A DNA stretch of 64,000 nucleotides from Botryllus schlosseri (Eukaryota). The position numbers were made by a program, and so were the translations under genes. Positions 1 through 10,700 of the stretch are shown here, in pieces. Location: assembly GCA_051294905.1 (NCBI GenBank), contig CM119382.1:3410001-3474000 (forward strand), read 5' to 3'. The notes under the pieces are model-generated. The model searched no databases and was not told the DNA's origin. It saw only the letters and a program-made list of their open reading frames with translations. Each line of letters begins with the position of its first letter. Position 1 is the stretch's first letter.

Positions 1-184
1 CAGACTCGATGACCTCATGGGGCCGTATCGCAACTCCGTCGTCAAAGCATCTCGATGGTGCAGGCGAAAAAGAATATCACATCTCTCTCTCTCCAGATAT
101 TTTCAATGTACAGACTCCAAATCCCGGAGTCTTTTTAAACGTACCGACTCCGACTATTTTCTTGAGAGAACTCCGACAGTATTA

Positions 185-456
185 CCATAGTGTCCTATAT
201 GGTGTCGACACAAGCAAATCGCACGGTTCAATGAAATTGCATCATCATTGTTATGGAGATTGGCATTGGGACGCAACAATGCTGTCTGGCGAAACGACAG
301 ACGCAACAATACTGTCTGGCTCCCTTTTTCTCGAGCACCTGTCTCGTTTCGCTAGACAGCATTGTTGCGTCCCAATGCCAATCTCCATAACAATGATGAT
401 GCAATTTCATTGAACCGTGCGATTTGCTTGTGTCGACACCATATAGGACACTATGG
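185..456. mobile_element. Foldback MITE, ~113-bp near-perfect TIRs
   Basis: CCATAGTGTCCTATATGG...CCATATAGGACACTATGG; flanked by TATTA (180-184 and 457-461). Nested in GACTCC-rich repeat sequence that ends near 1087. Confidence 0.85.
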
Positions 457-1167
457 TATTACCAATTCACTTCAAAATTATACGCCACAGTGACTTTCTT
501 ATAACCAATAAACATATGGCATGCAAAATTGTTTCATGGCGGCACAGTTCGAATTATACACTATGTAATTACCACGGAAAAATGCAAAAATATCCTTCCT
601 TTTTGCATGTTTTTATAACACGAACTCTCTCATACAGTAATATGTACGAATCATGCAAACATGACATATATCCAATCATGCAAAATTAGTCTTCGTGTTG
701 TTAACGCTGCGAAATCCGAATTGTTGGCCGTGAACTCCTTTTACAAAACATGACGATGCGTTTAATCTGTCACAGCATCATTCCAAAAATTGCATCAATT
801 GGTGACTCTATCGGGAAGATGAAATTTGCGATTTTTTTTACTCTATGCAACTGATGTCCAATTTAATCAGTATTGTTTTTAACAACAGTGATTGATGGCA
901 GAGAAAAATCGTATTCTAGTCATTCTCAGTAATTTAAAGATGCCTTTGAAAGCAACTGTTTTCATAATAACGAAGTTGGAGTCAGGGTCAATTTTTCAAA
1001 CTCCAACCCCGACTCCAGTCAGTATTTTTTCCACGACTCCGAATGCATTAAGCGAAAAATTAGCTAAACTCTGACTCCACAGGCCCGTCGAAAACACGCT
1101 AATAGAGACTCGTGATATAGTCTTAATCGATTCCCATATGCTGTTCTTCTGGCAATACGTCGACAAG

Positions 1168-1437
1168 ATAGCGTCATGGTGAAGCGTCCGGCCTGTTCAG
1201 ACCAAGGACCTGATTAGTAACAGTGGTATTCATTACTTCCCTGCTTGGCGCTCATGCATTACTGGGATAGCATGGAGGGGTGGTGCAAGACTTAGAAAGC
1301 CGCAAAGGCTATATCTGCACCTTAATGGTACAGCAGCATATGTAGATCATGCTCTCATGGTACGCATATGCACAGATCGTGTGTATGTGCATCACACATG
1401 CCGCAAAAACATCAAGGACAAAAATAAAATATGTCCT
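1168..1437 (+). mobile_element. tRNA-derived SINE with Meta-domain-like core
   Basis: Core GGTATTCATTACTTCCCTGCTTGGCGCTCATGCATT resembles the recalled MetaSINE core; second copy at ~43915-44180 on the minus strand. Confidence 0.6.
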
Positions 1438-1506
1438 TCCTTCATCCACAACGTCAAAAACCACACCAGCACAGCTAATCACACGACACAACCTTCATGA
1501 ACAAGG

Positions 1507-1512
1507 TTTATT
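1507..1512 (-). terminator. Candidate poly(A) signal of SREK1
   Basis: AATAAA on the minus strand (tttatt on plus), about 280 nt downstream of the stop codon. Confidence 0.4.
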
Positions 1513-1789
1513 TTACAATGAAAATACTGTCGGGCAACCGATCCCACTCGCCACCAGCATAAGCAACTGGCATTTTCCCTACAACGCACTAGAAACCGAC
1601 CAGTCGCGCCGAATCCCAGACCAATCCATCCCATATGAAAACTCGGCGCTATATATGCTCTTCGTCACATGATCGCGTCCAACAACTGCACAAATCTGAA
1701 ACCCTTCCCGCATTTCCACACGTAATAAAGGTCAAATCATTTGTATCGCGCAATCCTGCAGTCGTAAAAAATTGATGTTGGAAAGCAAG

Positions 1790-4700
1790 TTACTCGGCGG
1801 TTTCGCCATTAGCGACCACAGCCTCCGGCTGTTGGCTGGTCCCGTTGGTGCCGGATTCGGGTTTTTGGTCTTCCTTTTCGCCGTTGGCAGTGGGGCTCGG
1901 GGACTTGTCCCTTTTTTCGTTTTCAGCTTTCTCAGTCTGGGACAAAAGGACAGTGCAAGTCAGATTATGTAACAGGATAAAGCGGGCTGATATCGTCATC
2001 GTTGGTTCTCAGGCAGACGCAGCGCCTTAAATTTATACTCGAGTAAAAGTACAAGTAGCAATTTCGAAGTATGTAAAAAAGAAGTATTCTGAGACTAGTT
2101 TTAGCAAAAAATCTTAAAACGGGAAGTAGAAGTAGTCTAAAACACAACCCGAAAGGTGCTCCGAAAAGGTAGAAATACTTCATTACTTCATTACCGACCA
2201 CCTCCGACACAGTTGGACGAATAGACAATTTTTAACTCTTCCAAATTATAAATAAATACAACGGTAAGCAAGCACACTTCGTATCAAATAATTCAACATA
2301 AGCGGCAATGGCAAACGTATGTACAGTACACCAAGTTCCACTGTAGCGATTTCAGTAAAACAATAAATTAAATTTATCATAGGAACGAGTCAACGAGTCA
2401 AAAATTCGACGGGAATTAGAACTGCAGCAAAGAAACATTTCATAAATTAGATTTAGAATCAGATTATCAGCGTTTCACTCTGTTTAGTCTAATAAGACCT
2501 GTGGTTCACCTCTAACTTGTAGTTATTGCTCCGTGTCTAGCACAGAATTTCATATTCTTAAATTCTCTCATCAACAGTCATATAGGGTTTTTGCAACTTC
2601 TTATCACAGCTTCCGGCATCTTTCTAAATATTCAGTAATTATGTAGAATAGTGTTTCAAGCCGTATGGAGGAACCTTTCATAACACCTTCTCTTAATTTT
2701 TCGATTTTCCATGAAACTTTTTGCAAGTTTTTCCAATTTTTTATGCAACTAACTTTTTACTGGAAACATTTGGCACTGTATGTAAATAGACAGCTCGATT
2801 ATTTCACTGCCGTTTAAATTCGAGGTCCTTTCTGATTTGACCTACATTCAGGCTAGACCGCCGAAAATTACATTTTCATTGGGTCAATATGATTTTGTAG
2901 AAGTCGCCGACATCCAGTTTTGCTACAGCGCCTTGGATACGGAACGATTTGAGTTTCTAATACCCGAATAATTCCAAGGAACTAGTCCATAAAACTATCG
3001 TTAGGATCGCTAGAATTCTTGTTGCATTTTGTGACATGACGATAAGGGGAGCGCGAAATTTTTCACTATCGTAAAGCAGGGGCGCATCTGAAAAAGGTTA
3101 AGAACCAACGAATTAGGCCAATAGAATTATCGTAAGGCAAACCTTTTCCTTCTTCTTTGGCTTTTCTCGCGAGCTGCTTCGCGATTTTGACTTCCTCCGC
3201 CGTTTCTTGTCGCGGTCTCGATGATCGCGTTTGCGGTCTCGCTTGTGTCGTGAGCTTTACGCAAAAACAGACGCCAACCGTTATTCCGAGTTGCGACCAG
3301 AGGCGCTTGGTTAGGGTTACCGTATTCGGGATTCCGGTAAAGAGGACACTTTTACAAATCACTGAAGTCATGACTCGAGACTAGGACGGCCAAGACGGAC
3401 ATTTCATTGTAACCTCGAAGAATAGTAAGTCACCATATTATTGTTATTTCGTCTATCGGTTCTGATGCTTGATAAATCGGGCTAGTAACTGTTAAGACTG
3501 AGGAAAATTATTATATTACGAATGCCAGCCATTCTATATCACCCGGGCAGAGTTGGAAAAGTGGGTTGAACGGAATTGAACTCAAAACTGAACGGTGAAC
3601 AGGACTTGACTCGGTGGTGAATTGAAAGCAGGGTTGTGACCAAGTCACAAGTGAATCTCACTTTTATAGTTTTGACTCGAGTCAAGTCGAGCCATTTTTA
3701 ACTCACCCCGAGAGCAGAGGGTCGAGTCCGAGTCACGCCGATATGACTCGAGTTCGAGTCCAAGCCACCGTGTTGACTGCTCAATTTCCAGTAAAAGTCT
3801 TGTAAACCCACTTTTTATAACTCCGTTTGACGACATCGAATGGTTCGCATTTATAATATACTGATTTTCTCAAATTTTAGCAGTTTCTGGTGGCATTTTC
3901 AAGTGCCAGTACCAATATGGATGAAATCCCAATCGTATGGTCAAGTCATCAGAAAATCGTGACTCGTGTCATTACAACGCTGATTGAAAGTAACTTAACA
4001 CGAGTCAAAAATATAAAAGCGGGATTGATTTGTGACTCGGTTACAACCCTGGTACAACCACACCAAAAACAACAAACCTTTTCCCATGCGGCGACTTCGA
4101 CCTGGACCTGGACCTCGACTTTGACTTCTTCTTCCTCGAAGCCGACCTCTCTCTCTTCCGGCTGCGACTTCTCTTCCGGCTCCTGCTGCGTTTGCGGCTG
4201 CGGCTCCTCGACTTCCTGCGCCGCCTCGATTTCGAACGCGACCTGGACCGCCGCGAACGGGACCTCCGCGGAGACCTGGACTTGGACCGACGGCGCCGGC
4301 GTTCGCGGGACCGGCTTCGTCTCCGTCGGCTGCCGCTGCCCGAACGGCGCCTGCGGTGACGCGACCTGGACCGTGACCTTTTCCGGTCTAAAAACGAGAG
4401 ACGCTCGAGTCAGAGGTTTCAGACCGACAAGCGTCTGAATCTAGTAAAATTTCAAATCAAGTAAAAAAGCAAGCATTTTACAGTTCATTTTGTCATAGTG
4501 TCGAAAGTACAATTATGACCGACAAACCAATGATAGTATCAATGGGGGATGAAATTTCAGTGCTGGACGAACTCCTATTTTACCACCATTAAAATTAATG
4601 CTCGATTTATATTCGAGCACTCAAATCATAGTGATTAGCGGAGGGGAGCAAACTCAAATTGCATCGCCTGCCGGATTCAGGCCCTCAAATCATCCGCGGG

Positions 4701-7700
4701 CTGGACCAGTCAACCGATTTCAAAATGCTGCCTCCTGCCCTTGCTTTACACGGCTTAAAGAGACTTGTTAAGCTGACTTCAAAGACGATGCAAAACAAAT
4801 TTGAGTCAATTCCAACCAGTAGAAGCAGAGTTATTCGACAATTTCGTTGATAATCCTCAGATTATCCTCGATCGTTGGATTATCAACGAAAAACTCAAAA
4901 TAACTTCGCTTCTACTAGCTGGAATTGACTCAAATTTGTTTTGCATCGTCTTTGAAGACAGCTCAACAATTTCGTGGGGTCAAAAGAAAAATTTGAAATT
5001 TTTTTTCAAAATTTTTCCTAATAAATTAAAAATTTTAATTGGATCTGCGGAGTCGTACACTTGTTATGCTCGACATTTGCTGTCTTGAGGGAATATTAAA
5101 TTAGAGTATTTCCAGCAAAAATCTTAACACTTGTTACAAACGTGCTAGATAATAACAAGAATTTTTCAATCTATTAAGAATTGCATCGCGGGCCGGATTT
5201 AATCGTCTGGCGGGCCGGAAGCGGCCCGTATGTTTGACACCCCTGGTTTAGCCATAGTCACGACTGCATTAGAATTGACAATTACCAATTCATCCGGTTC
5301 TGTTAGCTTCATAAACAATGTATTGATTAACGATCAACGCATTATCGACAGACAATGGTAATGGTAGCTCTACAATGTAAAAAACCCGGCGATAGAACAG
5401 TCCCGATCGAGTCGAAGACATTCTGCGAATGGTTTCAAATCAATGTCGCACATTTGATATTCTTCCCCCACATCGCCGCACGGTAAGGCAGGAACGTGGT
5501 CTGCTGATGTGCAAAATCATATAATTGAACAGCTGATGTAAAACAAACGGGTCAGTGAGAGCCAAGTTTGAATCCGAGGGAAATTTGTAGTTATCAATTA
5601 CTGCCAAGTACCGTAATTTTCCATGTATAATGCGCAAAATTTTACCGATTTTTTGCCCTAAAATAGGGGGGGGTGCGTATTATGCATGGGTACAGCTACT
5701 CAGCTAGCCTTGAAAAAAATATCCCTCGATCAAAAACTTGAAATCACACCCTTCTTCGTGTTTATTTCCAATCGCGCATCACCTATAGCCTTCGTGCCCG
5801 TAATTTGTATTATAGAGTGTAACTCGTGCCAAATAGAGAAGGGTGTTGCCAATTAACGAAAAGCATTTTGCCAATTAACGAGAGTCGTCTGCACAGCACG
5901 CGATCTCTTGCTGAGTTAGTTTGCCATTTGTACTCGAGCGAAATTAGGTCGCTGATTGCTACAAGCGTGGGCGGCAATCCTTGCTGATCCATCGCGTCAA
6001 CGACATGCCGTAACAATCGCATACACAAGAGGCCATGTGCGCAAGATATAATCGCTTGCGCAATCAGTCGCATCTCAAACAGGACTGGTGCGCCCGACAT
6101 AACCGTTGGCCTGAGCAATCGCATCTATAATTGTAATAGGGCTCGTGCGCAAGATGTCGTGTGTCACTAGCCTGAACTATCGCGTCGCCGACCTCGCAGG
6201 CTCTGGCTACTATCTATTCTCGTTTAGAGACAATGCCGTTAATTGTATTTTGATTAGCGATCGTCATGTTATGATTGTTCGACAGTGACATCGCAGAACA
6301 GATCAACATGTACTAAAACACACATTTATGTACTGCGAACGCAGGGTGCGTACTGTACATGGGTATAGGCTTTTTCCCAGAATTTACACGCCATTTTAAA
6401 GGTGCGTATTATACATGGGGCCGCACTATATTCGGAAAATTACGGTATATACTTCTGTTCTCGTATCTAATAGAGTCGGGGTGCGGAATTTCTTTTTCCC
6501 AGCGGGCCAAATATGAAGCAATAAAAAACGTTGGCTGAGACTGAAGTTCAGACTATATTCTGCAACTAATTTCTGAATTGAAAGCTGTGAACTACATTGT
6601 TAACACATGCTGCCAAGCGGGTGTGTTTATATTTGGTTGCGCCCCGAGCTCTGCGAGGCTTAGTAAGATAGCCTAGCCTGGCTGCTTTAATAGCTTCTCT
6701 GGCAGGTCTGATGCGTACGTATTCCACTGCGTGATTTTTCTCATAACGCCGACTCAAATTATATCGATGCAGGCCTGCTCGGTGCTCAAGACAGGTTCAC
6801 GGCTGACTTCAATAAACAAATATTTAGTGCCCGAAATCTTGTTGACATGTCGGCCTTCAGCCGCCCTTTCATTGCTCGACATAACGTTGTTTGCGAGTGA
6901 GGACGACCGCTAATCACGTGCATTGATTGCATTATTTTACGAATTAGGATTTGGAAACGTATGACACAACAGTTTGAAGCAGAGACATTGTTATTCCTGA
7001 TGTAAAAATGGCAAAAAGCGCGATTTGAACTCGAATATGAAAACATTAACTTGTAACTTAAATTTTCAAGGCATACTCTGCTCTGCTGTATTGGTTTTAT
7101 TTTGAACCTGTATGACACATAGGACGTAAACAAACAAACTTGACTTCAAAGTACCAGAATACGGAATTCCGGTTCAGTTTACACATCCTATAGCTTTAGT
7201 CCACGGATTAACATTACGAATAGATTCTATAGTCTGAATTCCAAGGAACTTTCGGTGGGCCAATTTCAGACAACAAATCAGACAACAGCGAATTAGCCAC
7301 GAAAACCTTACCTCTCGGGTCAGGTTCTAACGCTTTGGAAATGAGCGACTGGGCTTCCCGGACTCTCCGCATAGCCTCCTCGATTTCTTTCGCCGTGGTC
7401 TCTTGAGTCTTGTTTTGCGGCTTGACGATCGCGTTGTTCGAATGATTGACCCTGCAACGCGGTCGAAAGGTTGAAAATACTGATACGGAAGGCCCACCGG
7501 CAAGTAAGGGTGGTCAATAGGGATCTTCAAAAGAATTGAACTAAATTTGATGTGTAGGCTTAAATTATGTAACCAGTGGCGTATCCAGGGGGGGGTTTTA
7601 GGGGGTCGGAACCCCCCCCTTTTCAAAATCCCAAAAATTGATGTCAAATATAGCCTCTAATATTTGCTAATTTATCAGTTCAACATATTCGTTTTCTCGT

Positions 7701-10700
7701 ATGATAAGGCAAATATGGTGTCTTAATGTTATTTAGGGGGTCTAAAACCCCTACAAAATATTGGAATTATGCGCCGAATCAGTCGCAGGGATGAAAAAAG
7801 GTCATTATATATCACTAATTCCGTACGAATTCTGCGCTTGTTCAGCTACATTTTAGCTATGGCAGTTGCCGACGTTCTCAACTTTCTTCCCTCGATTTCT
7901 CTCTCGCCTTGCTAAAACGAGAGACGCATTTTAGGAAAATCTAATCTATTGGTCGACGCGATACGTAATTGCAAAGACGACGTTGTCGGCAATCAACATC
8001 GCCCGCGAATTCGTTGCACCTGCTCGCCTTGAAATCCTAATTAGGAATTGCACGGCGGCGTGTTGATTGATCAGCCAGACGTAGACAAGGCGGCACCAGT
8101 ACGACAATGCTGTTCTCAAATCCACATTGTCTTCGTGGTTATCGGCGAGCAATGGCCTGCGATTGAATTCACTTTTCAAAATACAAGCCTAGCAATCCGC
8201 GTTCTCGATTGTTAGGTGGCTTGCTGTCGTTGAAATACAGGCCTATGTTGCCGGTGAACGGGAGAATTGCGTAGGCCTAGTAGTAAAGTTAACCTAATTA
8301 TATCGACTGACAAGTTTCTCTGCCGCTCAAGTTATTATCCCAGTGTGTACTCAGTATTAATTGACTGACTTGCGTGCTTGCAATTAAGGTCTAATTATCT
8401 TCGCGCGTACTACGCGCTCAGCCGTACGGCTAGTAAAGCCATCGAAAAGCACATATTCGTGTACACTTTTCACACCACACCTCTGTGTGGTGATCGCGAT
8501 CGCCCTCGTTTATGCAATCGCCCTATTCCGCGATTGTTCGTCCGCTGCGATACTACCGGCCGTGCGCATAATATCGTCAAAACCTAACAAAATCGCGCAT
8601 CTCTGGCCGGAACTAGGCGCTTGGAGACGGGCGGCGTTTGCCGGCTCATGACTAAATGTGAGCATTTACGAATGTCTTTCAATCATACCATGAAAAAGCG
8701 CAATTTCAGGCATCGTCTGTATCGTATTCGTACATCTCCCACTCACCGCAAATCTCTTTTTATTATTAAACTATAATTTATCGTAAATAGTCGTTTTGGC
8801 GATTAGACGAGTGATCGTATTGATGACGTCATAATAGCCAATTTCGGAACGCCAAAACCCCCCCTTTTTTCGCGCTCTGGATACGCCCCTGTATGTAACC
8901 TAACAATTTTATCAACTAGCCAGTACGATTTGAGAAAAAAAAATCATTTTTGAAGAGCCCTAGTGGTCTGAAAGTAGCCAGCTTTGATGCCAAGTAGACG
9001 TAACACCGTAAATTTCTGCTGAATTATATGTACAATTAGGAATTATAAGTAGCCAAGTATCAATACAAGAATTACATGTACTACATTACTTATCGCTAGG
9101 GTTGTTCAACTTTTCCCTTCAAATTTTGCTGGCTGTTCGATAAAATTGGAAGGTTGGCTGAAAAAATGCTTGCGCGCCAAATTCGGCTCAATTCCAACCT
9201 GTAGAAGTGAGGCTACTAGAATTTTATTCAAATTTTACTGGAAACTCCGTGAAACTTGGCTTCTATCGGTCGGTTTAATTTGAAGATTAATGCAACAACC
9301 CTACTGATCACATCTACCGATAAGAGACAAATCTCCGGCATCAGTACTCACTTGATAGGCCTGTCTCCGAAAAGCATCCCGTTTAACTGCAAGGCGTTGT
9401 GGACCGACGCGGTGTCGGCGAATTCCACAAAAGCAAACCTGGTCGGCTGCGTTTCGTCGCCCGCCATTCGAACGAACCTCACTTCTCCGCAGGTGGAGAA
9501 AAACTGCAAGAGCTGCTCTGCGGTGGCAGTCTGGAACAACGGCAAGTAAAGTCATCGCTCCGTGTTATAAATGTCTGAGATCGGAGAACCTACCTTCGAA
9601 TCGAGATTACCGACGTATATCGTTCTCTTGATCTCTTCGACCTTGGTGGGATCGACGTTCCCGGGAATTTGCTGTAAAAATTACGACGCCACATTTAGTT
9701 TATCCGTGTTAAATATCACAACAACCATATTGCAAAATTTCAGTAAAAAGAAAGCTTCAGAAAGAATAAATTTGGCAATATGAGCATATCGCTTGACGCG
9801 ATATTGGAGTTCTGTACGTTTAGAAGCCTATGTTACACAGAATCCAAGGTTGTAATGACTCGAGTCATTGCGTGTGACTCGAACCAAGTCGTATGATACC
9901 AGACGGCCAAGACCGACAGTTCATTGTAATTTCGAAGAATAGTAACGTAACCACACTATTGGGATTTCTTCTATTGCGACAAGAAACTGCTATAAGTGAG
10001 GAAAATCAGTATATTATAAATGTGAACCATTCGATATCACCCAACAGAGTTGCAGAAAGTGGGTTTAACAAGACTTTATCTGGAAACTGAGCAATCAACG
10101 CAATGACTTGGACTCGAGTCATAATACCACGACTCGGACTCGAACCTCTGCTTGCTGACTTGATCTCAACTCGAGTTTAAACTATAAAAGCGAGATTGAC
10201 TTGTGACCTGGTCACAACCCTGCATTCAAGTACTCTATTACTGTAACACCAAGCACTAGTTATCGAAAGTTCAAAAGATTCGCGGCTACTCACGGAGCTC
10301 TCATCTGCTTCAGTTGTAGCGGGAGCGACATATTGCATGGCAGTAGTTTCATCCGGAATTCTTCCTGAAATGCAACCAAAATTAATGCGGGGAAACGGCA
10401 CATGCCGGCTCGGCAACTTATCTATCCAATTACACACGAGGAGATAATTCATTTACGCTACATTTGACCAGAACCGTCTCGCTACACGTTAAGAGCTTAC
10501 ACTTGCTAAAAAGTCGCTATGGCGACCAAGAGACATCCAGCTCGATGAATTGTTTCACGTGATGACTTTTTCGTTGTGAAGCGACTGAATCGTGCACAGA
10601 TAAAAGCATAGCATGAAGCCATGTATCTTAAAAGCTACTCGATACAAAGAGGGGGGGGGGGCATGAATGTAAGCGAAAATTCACTTCAAGTAAATATGAA

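Noticed and set aside
9-413. ORFs on both strands with near-identical translations
   Set aside because: Artefact of the palindromic MITE at 185-456.
3890-4438. 182-aa plus-strand ORF
   Set aside because: Antisense shadow of the SREK1 RS exon (4078-4387) fused to MITE sequence.
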